DNA of 64,000 nt from Vicinamibacterales bacterium (lineage in GTDB: Bacteria; Acidobacteriota; Vicinamibacteria; Vicinamibacterales; UBA8438): assembly GCA_965237405.1 (NCBI GenBank), contig OZ250139.1, forward strand, positions 771,820-835,819. Direction: 5' to 3'. Of the stretch, positions 9,843 through 18,617 are shown one piece after another. A program made the translations under genes and the position numbers. Below the pieces are notes generated by a model, which did not search any database, was not told where the DNA came from, and saw only the letters and a program-made list of their open reading frames with translations. Numbering within the stretch: position 1 is the stretch's first letter; every line of letters starts with the position of its first letter.

Positions 9843-11624
9843 TCAGTCGAGGCTCGGTAAGGCGAACACGAACAGGTTATTGCCATTGCTCGGTCGAAGT
9901 TCTGGCGTTAGGCTAAGAAAACTGGGTGTGGTTGCGGCGCCTCCGGTGCTCACGGCCACGTACTGGCGTCCGTCGACCGCATAGCTGATGGGAAAGCCAG
10001 AAACCGGTGAGCCAAGATTGATCTCCCATAACACATCGCCGGTTTCGTGATCGAAAGCCCGGAACCGTCCGTTCGCGTCACCACCGAAGACCAGTCCGCC
10101 ACCGGTTGCTACTAGCGACAGCGTTGCCGCCCGCTGTTCGTGCAACCACACAGTTTCACCGGTTTCGGCCGATACGGCGTAGACCGATCCAAGCTGGTCG
10201 GTGCCAGGTGCGAACTCATGTCGAACGGCCAGCGCGTAGATTCGGTGGGACGCATCAGGGGAAGTCGTGGCGAGCAACCGCTGGCACATGTTGCGAAGCG
10301 GGAAGTACATCGTATTCGTCAGCGGGCTGTAGGCGCCGGCTTCCCAGTCCTTCCCGCCATGCATATTGGGGCAGACAAGGATTTGTTGGCCTTCCGAGGT
10401 AAAGATCACTTCCGCGTTCTCTGTTACGGCACCGGTCGCCCCGTCGATCTCGCTGATCACATTCTGTGCAACGGTTGGCGTGGCCCAGAGAAACTCGCCC
10501 GTTTCACGATCGAGCGTATAGACCACACCGGTCTTCCCTGGAATGCCAGTTATTACTTTTCGAACCTCGCCCGGTTCGAGTCGTGGATTGATCCAACTAA
10601 CCGCATCGGGATTCGGAGCAACTGGTGTATCGACGAGCATGCGCTCGAATGGATGATCGAGGTCCCAGTGGTCGTTCAAATGCTGGTAGTACCAGCGGAT
10701 TGCCCCGGTGTCGACGTCGAGCGCGAGTGTCGAATTATGGTAGAGGTGCGTGTTATTGATACCGCCAAGCATGAACTTAGGGGCCGGTGAAGTGACCGAA
10801 GTGCCCTGGTAGATCAACTGGAGGTCGGGGTCGTAGCTGGGCGGCATCCAGGTACCAACATGAACTCGTTCCTGGAACGGCACGCCACCCCAGGTTTCAT
10901 CTCCTGGTTCACCTGGTGCCGGTATGGTCCGCCGCCGCCACAGTTCTTGTCCGGTTCGCGCGTCGTGCGCCACGATGACGCACGACTCGGGGCCTCCACG
11001 TGGCCGGCAGCTTCGTCCTGATATCACTTTGCCGTCGGCAATGATCGGACCCGAACTGTGTCCGGCCGGATTCACCTGGTAGTCGAGAATTTGTGTTTCC
11101 CAAGCGATTTCTCCGGTCGTGGCATCGAGCCCAAACACGTAGTCATCGTCGCTGGTGTTGATAATGAATCGGTCGAAGATTGCAATATTTCGATTATTGG
11201 CCGAGTTACCGCCCACGTAGTCGTAGACATCGTCCGGGAGATCGCGACGATGGTCCCACTTCAGGTCGCCGGTTACGGCATCCATGGCCTGAATGACGTC
11301 GCGCGCCTGCGGCATGTACAGGATGCCGTCGTAGACCAGTGGTGTCCCTTCCTGACGTCCGGCCGCGAGCGCTCGTGTCCACACCATCTGTAGCGTGTCC
11401 ACGTTCTCGCGAGTAATCTGGTCAAGTGGGCTGTAACCCCAGCTATCGAGTGTCCGGCGCCACATCAACCAATAATCCGGTGACGGGTCCGCAAGCATTG
11501 CGTCGGTAACCGGCGTGAAGTTAGTTGTGGATTGTGCATGCCCCGGGTCGAGGATGGCCCCCTGCAGGACGAGAAGGAGCAAGAGCACGACGGTGCTCGG
11601 AACAATTAGACGGTGTAGGCGCAT
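9843..11624 (-). CDS. PQQ-dependent beta-propeller dehydrogenase (alcohol/aldehyde-dehydrogenase-like), exported, copy 1
   Basis: ORF 9843..11648. The likely start is MRLHRLIV, preceded by GAGGAA. WLMWRRTLDSWGYSPLDQI, repeated W-containing propeller blades and HLNDHWDLDHPFE are present. No cytochrome c motif. Confidence 0.85.
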   Translation of the reverse strand: MRLHRLIVPSTVVLLLLLVLQGAILDPGHAQSTTNFTPVTDAMLADPSPDYWLMWRRTLDSWGYSPLDQITRENVDTLQMVWTRALAAGRQEGTPLVYDGILYMPQARDVIQAMDAVTGDLKWDHRRDLPDDVYDYVGGNSANNRNIAIFDRFIINTSDDDYVFGLDATTGEIAWETQILDYQVNPAGHSSGPIIADGKVISGRSCRPRGGPESCVIVAHDARTGQELWRRRTIPAPGEPGDETWGGVPFQERVHVGTWMPPSYDPDLQLIYQGTSVTSPAPKFMLGGINNTHLYHNSTLALDVDTGAIRWYYQHLNDHWDLDHPFERMLVDTPVAPNPDAVSWINPRLEPGEVRKVITGIPGKTGVVYTLDRETGEFLWATPTVAQNVISEIDGATGAVTENAEVIFTSEGQQILVCPNMHGGKDWEAGAYSPLTNTMYFPLRNMCQRLLATTSPDASHRIYALAVRHEFAPGTDQLGSVYAVSAETGETVWLHEQRAATLSLVATGGGLVFGGDANGRFRAFDHETGDVLWEINLGSPVSGFPISYAVDGRQYVAVSTGGAATTPSFLSLTPELRPSNGNNLFVFALPSLD

Positions 11625-11933
11625 GCGGTATTCCTCATATGTGACCATGGCTACAATTGCCTGGCGCGGCGAGGATTGATTCTAACCCCAGATAGCAGCG
11701 ACGTGAGCACCATCGATGAACTGCTCGCCAACCATGAAACCTACGCCAACACCTTGCATGCTTGGTTGTCGCCGGCATTTCGCTCGTGATTGATGCGGTC
11801 GATTTGATCTGACACCTCTATGGTGACGGTCAGTTGCTCCATCGGTTGGGCTAGAATGATCCCTAACGACAGGCGTATACTGCGTCCTAGGTAAATGCGG
11901 ATGCAACCGAACGGTGAGATCAGAGGTGGCAGG

Positions 11934-12935
11934 ATGAAGAGATGTAGTTTCGTGGCTCTGTTGTTCGTCGTCGCGGTTGTCTCGCTGATTTCAGCCAATG
12001 CGGTGGGTCAGCAAGCGCCGCGAACCCCGTGGGGCGATCCGGATTTACAGGGCACGTACACCAATAAGACGATTACCCCGCTCCAGCGTTCCGAGGATGT
12101 AGGTAATAAGGAATTCCTGAGTAAACAAGAAGTGGAAACTCAGGAGCAAGCGCGTCTTGATCGTAACGAGCGTCTCCTCCATGCACCTCCGCAGCGCACG
12201 GTCGCAGGGGGCAACGTCGGTGGTTACAATAATTTTTGGCTTGATGGTGGAACTCGTCCAACGGGCCGTACGTCGCTGATCTTTGATCCACCAAATGGCA
12301 GACTTCCCCGCCCGACACCAGAGGGTGAGCGGCGACATGCGACCCACAACACGGCGTTTCCCGTTGAGGGCCCGTTCGACTCGTGGGAGGACCTTGAGCT
12401 GAACGATCGTTGCCTTGTCTGGTCCGCTGGTCCGCCGATGCTACCAAGCGCCTACAATAATAATTTCATGATCGTTCAGGCGCCGGGCTACGTAGCTATC
12501 TATGTTGAAATGATTCACGACACCCGAATCATTCCTCTTGATAAGCAGCCGCATCTTCCCGCAGGTATTCGCCAGTGGCACGGAGACGCACGCGGTCACT
12601 GGGAGGACAACACGCTCGTCGTTGAAACGACGAATCTGTCCAGGACTGAGGCTAACGCGGCCGCCGTTGGCGGCGACCCAATCTTGCTACGGGCGGCGAA
12701 TGGTCGAAAGGACGACACCATTACTGTCACTGAGCGATTTACGCGAGTCAACGGCGGCACCATCCACTACGAATTCACGATCGACGATCCCATGCAATGG
12801 ACGCAGAGCTTTTCGGGCGAGTTTCCCTTAGTGCCGCTGCCGCCGAACGAAGTGATCTATGAATACGCCTGTCACGAGGGGAACTACAGCATGACGAACA
12901 TCCTCGGCGGTGCGCGGATCTTGACCACACCCTGA
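11934..12935 (+). CDS. Exported protein, unnamed family, paralog B
   Basis: Likely start MKRCSFVALLF. Motifs PRTPWGDPDLQGTY, GRTSLIFDPPNGRLP, NDRC, IRQWHGDARGHWEDNTLVVETTNL and YEYACHEGNYSMTNILGGAR. Its stop TGA 12933-12935 lies 2 nt before the next gene's GTG. Confidence 0.8.
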   Translation: MKRCSFVALLFVVAVVSLISANAVGQQAPRTPWGDPDLQGTYTNKTITPLQRSEDVGNKEFLSKQEVETQEQARLDRNERLLHAPPQRTVAGGNVGGYNNFWLDGGTRPTGRTSLIFDPPNGRLPRPTPEGERRHATHNTAFPVEGPFDSWEDLELNDRCLVWSAGPPMLPSAYNNNFMIVQAPGYVAIYVEMIHDTRIIPLDKQPHLPAGIRQWHGDARGHWEDNTLVVETTNLSRTEANAAAVGGDPILLRAANGRKDDTITVTERFTRVNGGTIHYEFTIDDPMQWTQSFSGEFPLVPLPPNEVIYEYACHEGNYSMTNILGGARILTTP

Positions 12936-12937
12936 TT

Positions 12938-14959
12938 GTGACCCCAGCTCGGCGCTGCCTGATTCTCTCGGCGTTGATCCTGAGTGCCTGCACACCTGTC
13001 CAGCAGGACGTTGACTGGCCCGTCTACCTCGGCGATTCGGGCCGTCGCCACTACTCCACGCTGAATCAAATCAATCGAGATAACGTAGACCAGCTCCAAC
13101 TTGCATGGGTTTACAACTCCGGTGAGTCGAGAGGTAGTAGTTCAACCATGTACACGAGTCCGCTAGTCATTGACGGCGTACTCTACGGCTTATCCCCCAG
13201 GCTCGCGGCATTTGCCTTGAACGCGGCCACGGGTGAAGAGTTGTGGCGATTTGATCCAGGCCTTAGGGGGGGGAGTCAACGTGGATTGATGTGGTGGGAG
13301 AAAGATGGGGAACGGCGTATCTTCTACGCGGCTGGCCGCGAGCTGGTCTCGTTGAATGCGACGGACGGAAAGCCGATTGGGAGTTTTGGTGAGAATGGAC
13401 GTCTTGATCTCACGCCGAGCGGCGAACACATAGGTTACATCGGCGTGAGCGTTCCAGGCCTTGTATTTGCGGACAACATCATTCTTGGGTTTTCCACTAA
13501 TGAGACGGCCGAGGCGTTTCCCGGTTCCATCCGAGCCTTCAGCGCCATCGATGGTGAGCTGGTGTGGCAATTTGACACCATTCCGGCTCCAGGGGGACCA
13601 GGCTCCGAGACGTGGGCGGAAGGGTCACTGGAACGAGCAGGTGGTGCGAACGTGTGGACGGGCATGGCACTTGATGAAGAGCGAGGGCTTCTGTTTGCAC
13701 CGACCGGATCCGCGACTCCAGACTTCTACGGCGCGAACCGGTTGGGTGACAATCTGTACGCGAATTGCTTATTGGCGCTTGACGCTCGGACGGGTGAACT
13801 CAAGTGGCACTACCAGGTCGTTCGCCACGATCTGTGGGATCGCGACAACCCGTCGCCACCAACACTAGTGCAGCTTGACCGAGACGGCCAAACGGTTGAT
13901 GCAGTTTCGCTCACGACGAAATCAGGTCACCTGTACTTGTTCGATCGAGAAACGGGCGAATCGTTGTACCCGATCGTTGAGGTTACGACGCTGCCCAGCA
14001 CGTTGCCAGGCGAGGTGCCGGCGCCGACTCAGCCGGTGTCGACCATAGCCTTTACACGTCAGATGTTCGAGATTACGAACCTCAATGAAGCCGCAACGAA
14101 CGCCGTCCAGAGGACGATCGAAGATTGGGACCTACGGCTATGGGCGCCGCCGCGGGTTGGAACCCTACTTTTTCATCCGTGGTACGACGGCGGTGCCGAG
14201 TGGGGCGGATCTGCTTTCGATCCGACCAATAACCACTTGATCCTCAATGCGAACGACGTGACTGGCATTCTCGAGCTGACTGAAGTCCCGATTGGGTTCA
14301 GCGAATATGGCACCTACGCGCAGCATTGCGGCAGCTGCCACGGGTTGGATCGAGAAGGTACCGAAAACACCCCTTCGCTCGTAGGCATCCGTGACCGCTT
14401 GAACGTCGGTCAGATTGACGAGATCATTCATGAGGGCAGTGGGCGTATGCCTGGTTTTGCCCATCTCGGGGATGAAGAACGTCAGGGAATTCTGCGGTAC
14501 ATGTCCGCACGGGAGCCTGTAATCGATGAGCCGACAACGAAGGTCACGTACGTGCTGGACGGATATAAGTACCTTCGCGATCACGAAGGCCTGCCTGGTA
14601 ACACACCGCCCTGGGGAACATTGAATTCGATCGATCTCGCGACCGGCGAGATCGTCTGGACGGTGCCATTCGGGAATTATCCCTCGCACCCGGATCTCGG
14701 CTTCGGAGCCGTCAACTACGGCGGACCTGTCGTGACAGCATCCGGCTTGATCTTCATCGCGGCGACGCCCGACAGAATATTTCATGCCTACGACACGCAG
14801 GACGGCCAGGTTCTTTGGGAAGCCAATCTAACGGCGGCCGGCTTCTCGACGCCGGCGGTCTATAGCGTCCACGGTAAGCAATTCGTGGTAATTGCGGCTG
14901 GCGGCGGTCGGATGGGTCCGCCATCTAGTGGGGAGTACTTCGCATTCAGTCTGCCATGA
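12938..14959 (+). CDS. Lipoprotein quinohemoprotein: PQQ beta-propeller dehydrogenase (glucose/sorbosone-dehydrogenase-like) with an embedded c-type heme motif
   Basis: Lipobox LILSAC. DWPVYLGDSGRRHYS, HDLWDRDNPSPP and a CGSCH heme-binding motif at 14327-14341, followed by GSGRMPGF (Met ligand region). 673 aa. Confidence 0.8.
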   Translation: MTPARRCLILSALILSACTPVQQDVDWPVYLGDSGRRHYSTLNQINRDNVDQLQLAWVYNSGESRGSSSTMYTSPLVIDGVLYGLSPRLAAFALNAATGEELWRFDPGLRGGSQRGLMWWEKDGERRIFYAAGRELVSLNATDGKPIGSFGENGRLDLTPSGEHIGYIGVSVPGLVFADNIILGFSTNETAEAFPGSIRAFSAIDGELVWQFDTIPAPGGPGSETWAEGSLERAGGANVWTGMALDEERGLLFAPTGSATPDFYGANRLGDNLYANCLLALDARTGELKWHYQVVRHDLWDRDNPSPPTLVQLDRDGQTVDAVSLTTKSGHLYLFDRETGESLYPIVEVTTLPSTLPGEVPAPTQPVSTIAFTRQMFEITNLNEAATNAVQRTIEDWDLRLWAPPRVGTLLFHPWYDGGAEWGGSAFDPTNNHLILNANDVTGILELTEVPIGFSEYGTYAQHCGSCHGLDREGTENTPSLVGIRDRLNVGQIDEIIHEGSGRMPGFAHLGDEERQGILRYMSAREPVIDEPTTKVTYVLDGYKYLRDHEGLPGNTPPWGTLNSIDLATGEIVWTVPFGNYPSHPDLGFGAVNYGGPVVTASGLIFIAATPDRIFHAYDTQDGQVLWEANLTAAGFSTPAVYSVHGKQFVVIAAGGGRMGPPSSGEYFAFSLP

Positions 14960-14975
14960 GCGTTAATGTGGCAAC

Positions 14976-16907
14976 GTGAAGGCGTCACGGAGACAACGCA
15001 TGCGCGGTCGCATGTTCTTGCTACTAAGCGTTCGGGGACAAATGGTAGCGGCGGCTACTGCACTGGTACTGCTGATCTTTGTCGCTTGGTCATCGCCGGC
15101 CAGAACTGAATCGCTCACCCAAGCACAGCCGACGGAGGGGGAGGCCGCACTCCGACCACCATTCCTCGACCCTTCGCGCAACGCCTACTTTGGTGATTTG
15201 CACGTACACACCAGCTGGTCGCTGGACTCCTACATTATGGGTGGTAACCGAGACGGTCCAACCGTGGCCTACCGATATGGTCGCGGCGACCCGATCGCGA
15301 GGTCGGACGGAAACGTGGTGCGTCTGGGCGTGCCCCTTGACTTTATGGCGGTGACGGACCATGACGGCACGCTTGGAGAAGTCCATCTCTGTGAGGATGT
15401 CAGTGACCCTGCCTACGACACACCGACGTGTCGGGACATTCGCACCCAGCAAGTGTTCGGATCGCACTACGCCCAGTACCACAAGAGGGGACGACGCCCT
15501 CCAGAGATTTGCGGAGAGGATGGCATCGGTCCGCAGAACGAGTGCTACGAGCGCTCTCGGAACCTGTGGCAGGAGATCCAGGAGAACGCCGATGCGTTCT
15601 ATGAACCGGGTCGGTTCACCACGTTCCCGGGATTCGAGTGGACGGCCAGTCCTCCAGGGTATGGTCATTTGCATCGAAACGTGATCTTCGAAGGGCGTGC
15701 GGTACCCGAGTGGGGCGGATCGTCAGTGGAAATGCAGAATCGGCCAGAGCGGCTCTGGCAATGGCTCAAGTCCGCCTGCATCGGTGAGTGTCGGGTGGTG
15801 GCCATTCCGCACAACTTGAACCTAAGCGCGGGAGTCGCGTTTGCCGAGTCGGGCTGGGCGCCGCATACGCCGGAGATCCTCAGGCTCCGCGCCTGGGCCG
15901 AACCACTGGTCGAGATTCATCAGATTAAGGGCAGCTCCGAGTGTTATCTGGGCCTTGGCACGACCGATGAGGAATGCAACTTCGAGAACTACATTCCCAT
16001 CTGCGAACCTGGGCACCGAGAAGGTCGTCCGGATCACTACGCTCGGTGTGCCCATGCGTCTGACTACGTTCGCAACGCCCTGAAGACCGGCTTGCTGCTG
16101 GAAGCCGAATACGGCGTGAACCCGTTCAAGTTTGGTGTCCTCGCAAGTACGGACGACCACCAGAGCTTGCCAGGGGGGACCGCCGAGAATGACTTCACGG
16201 AACGGCCTATGAAATTCGGTACTACTGGTATGTGGACGGCGGGCCGGACGGCGGGCGATCAACCCGATGGCGGGAATGCGGGCAATCCTGGTGGGCTGGT
16301 GGGCGTATGGGCTGAGGAGAACACCCGCAAGTCGATCTTCGATGCACTCCGCCGCAGGGAAACGTTCGGGACCAGCGGTACACGGATCCGCGTCAGGTTC
16401 TTTGGTGGATGGGAGTTTGCCCTCGACCTGCACGAGAAGCACAACCTCGTCGAGGATGCGTATCGGACTGGGGTTCCGATGGGGGCCGACCTGCCGCTGC
16501 CACCGTCGGCGGGCGCGGTGCCTCGATTCGTCGTTTGGGCCATGAGGGATGCCGCCAGTGCAAACCTTCAGAAGATCCAGATCGTCAAGGGATGGGCTGA
16601 CGCCGTCGGGCAAACGAACGAACAGATATACGATGTGATCTGCGCCGATGGGTTGGAACCCGATCCCCGGAGTCACCGCTGCGCCGAAAACGGAGCGCGG
16701 GTGGATCTCGCCACCTGTCGCGCTTCCAGCGACGCGGGTTCCGAAGAGCTAAGCACGACCTGGAGCGATCCGGACTTTGATTCCTCGAATCGAGCCTTCT
16801 ACTACGTTCGTGTCTTGGAGAACCCGACCTGTCGTTGGACCGCCTACCGTGCGCTGGCCCGGCAAGCGTCGATACCGGATCGACCGGTTGTCAAGGAGCG
16901 CGCTTAG
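14976..16907 (+). CDS. DUF3604-family exported metal-dependent (PHP-like) hydrolase
   Basis: 643 aa with an N-terminal TM/signal segment. YFGDLHVHTSWSLDSY and MAVTDHDG are characteristic of DUF3604, as I recall the family. Confidence 0.65.
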   Translation: MKASRRQRMRGRMFLLLSVRGQMVAAATALVLLIFVAWSSPARTESLTQAQPTEGEAALRPPFLDPSRNAYFGDLHVHTSWSLDSYIMGGNRDGPTVAYRYGRGDPIARSDGNVVRLGVPLDFMAVTDHDGTLGEVHLCEDVSDPAYDTPTCRDIRTQQVFGSHYAQYHKRGRRPPEICGEDGIGPQNECYERSRNLWQEIQENADAFYEPGRFTTFPGFEWTASPPGYGHLHRNVIFEGRAVPEWGGSSVEMQNRPERLWQWLKSACIGECRVVAIPHNLNLSAGVAFAESGWAPHTPEILRLRAWAEPLVEIHQIKGSSECYLGLGTTDEECNFENYIPICEPGHREGRPDHYARCAHASDYVRNALKTGLLLEAEYGVNPFKFGVLASTDDHQSLPGGTAENDFTERPMKFGTTGMWTAGRTAGDQPDGGNAGNPGGLVGVWAEENTRKSIFDALRRRETFGTSGTRIRVRFFGGWEFALDLHEKHNLVEDAYRTGVPMGADLPLPPSAGAVPRFVVWAMRDAASANLQKIQIVKGWADAVGQTNEQIYDVICADGLEPDPRSHRCAENGARVDLATCRASSDAGSEELSTTWSDPDFDSSNRAFYYVRVLENPTCRWTAYRALARQASIPDRPVVKERA

Positions 16908-17022
16908 AGCTCGCCGATCTGGTACACGCCCTGAGCCAGCGTCCCGATCTGGTTTGAGGGTGGGTGCCCCGGGACAGCCGATAGGACTATTAAGGGTAGG
17001 ACCCCTTTCTCGGAGGTACACC

Positions 17023-17544
17023 ATGAAGGTGAGTTAAGGATGCCGGGTTCGGGGTGATCGAACTGATCATTATGCCCGTCATCGGTATCAGCCTGGCGAG
17101 CGGCGTGCCCTCGCTTCTGCGCGTGCGCACAGCAGAAAAAGAAGCCTCGGCGATAGAGTCGGTGCAGACGATCAACGAAGCCCAGGCAAACTACGCTGCC
17201 AGCTGCGGTGGTGGTTTTTTGCGCCGTCGCTGGCCGACCTTGCGACGCCATCAATCGGCACTGCTGATGTTTTTATCGGGTCTGAGCTAAGTGCCGACCC
17301 GTCCATTAGGAGTGGCTATTCGATTGCGCTTACGGCCGGCGCCACGGCGGTAGACGCACCGGCCTCGTGTAACGGGTTAGTGCCTGGTACCGTTGTGTCT
17401 ACGTACTTCGTAGGAGCGAATCCAACAGGAACGGGCAGAGAACGATTCTTTGGGACGAACCAGGACGGCACGATCTACCGGTCGTTGACCGAGGTGGGTG
17501 TGACCCAGGCCGGTGCGCCGGTTGGGGCAACGCCGGTGCGGTGA
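17023..17544 (+). pseudogene. Type IV pilin-like (prepilin N-terminal methylation domain) gene disrupted by two frameshifts
   Basis: GGAGG then ATG 17023 gives MKVS then stop. The +1 frame continues VKDAGFGVIELIIMPVIGISLASGVPSLLRVRTAEKEASAIESVQTINEAQANYAASCGGGF. After the T6 run 17215-17220, a third frame continues FFAPSLADLATPSIGT...GTNQDGTIYRSL...ATPVR, with stop at 17544. Confidence 0.75.
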
Positions 17545-17580
17545 GTGACGGCGTTCGCGACGAAGCACTTACTTGCTGTA

Positions 17581-17623
17581 CCGGATACCGGATACCGGAT
17601 ACCGGATGCCGGATGCTCGGATG
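17581..17623. repeat. Heptanucleotide tandem repeat (CCGGATA)x3 (CCGGATG)x2 plus one degenerate unit
   Basis: Read directly: ccggata ccggata ccggata ccggatg ccggatg ctcggatg. It is intergenic, between the pilin pseudogene and paralog C. Confidence 0.9.
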
Positions 17624-17690
17624 GGTTAGGCGTGCTGAAGGCGGTGCGCCGTTGGGCGTAAGATGGTGATACTGGCAAGTAGGGAAGGAG

Positions 17691-18617
17691 ATGATTGGCG
17701 ATGAAAGCCGCTGTGTGCTTCTGGGCTTCTTGTTTTTGGCCGCAACGCTCGTAGGGGTTCAGACGCAGGAGAATGCTGAAGGTGTGTCCCGTAAGCCCTG
17801 GGGTGTGCCGGATCTGAGCGGTTACTGGGAGTATCGAACGACCACGCCACTGCAGCGCCCGGTGGAGTTCGCGGGTAAGGCGGTACTGACAGCAGAGGAA
17901 GAGGCGGCATACCTCCGGCACCGATTACTCGAGATTCGGCGAGAGCGTGACCTGGACCTGAATGCCGACTGGTGGGTGCCTGGCGGCCTGACGAACGGCC
18001 GCACGTCGTTGGTGGTCAACCCGTCCGATGGCAGGATTCCTGCGGCCACCGAAGCAGCACGGCAACGTTCGGGGACACTGCGACTACGTGCTGCCGACGG
18101 GCCCGAGGACCGAGAACGGTACGAGCGCTGCATCATGGGGCGTACCGTGCCGCTCCTTGCCCAGGCACCCAACAAGCTCGCACAGATATTTCAGACGCCC
18201 GACTATGTCGCCATCCTTCACGAACAGAATTCCGACCTTCGCATTATCGCACTTGACCTAGCGGCGCCACTTTCTGGATCGATCCGGCAGTGGCAGGGGC
18301 ATTCAGGTGGCCGTTGGGCAGGCGATACGCTCGTCGTGGAGACCACGAACTTTAACGGGCAGTGGACGCTTCAGGGGGCGGGTCCGAATATGCGCATCGT
18401 CGAGCGGTTCCGAGTTGCCGACGCCGATACGCTGCAGTATGAGTTCACGATCGACGATTCAGAGTCGTTCGCTGGCTCATGGACGGTTGCGTTCCCAATA
18501 TCCCGGGCGATTGGCCCAGTCTACGAAAATGCGTGTCATGCGGGAAACCACAGCATGCCGCTCATCCTGAGTGGCGCGCGGGCGACAGAGCGTGCGGTAC
18601 GGGTAGGAGCACCCTAG
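17691..18617 (+). CDS. Exported protein, unnamed family, paralog C (most divergent intact copy)
   Basis: GGAGA precedes the ATG. SRKPWGVPDLSGYW, GRTSLVVNPSDGRIP, YERC, IRQWQGHSGGRWAGDTLVVETTNF and YENACHAGNHSMPLILSGAR. Its stop TAG overlaps the stop of the convergent PhoD gene (CTAG). Confidence 0.75.
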   Translation: MIGDESRCVLLGFLFLAATLVGVQTQENAEGVSRKPWGVPDLSGYWEYRTTTPLQRPVEFAGKAVLTAEEEAAYLRHRLLEIRRERDLDLNADWWVPGGLTNGRTSLVVNPSDGRIPAATEAARQRSGTLRLRAADGPEDRERYERCIMGRTVPLLAQAPNKLAQIFQTPDYVAILHEQNSDLRIIALDLAAPLSGSIRQWQGHSGGRWAGDTLVVETTNFNGQWTLQGAGPNMRIVERFRVADADTLQYEFTIDDSESFAGSWTVAFPISRAIGPVYENACHAGNHSMPLILSGARATERAVRVGAP

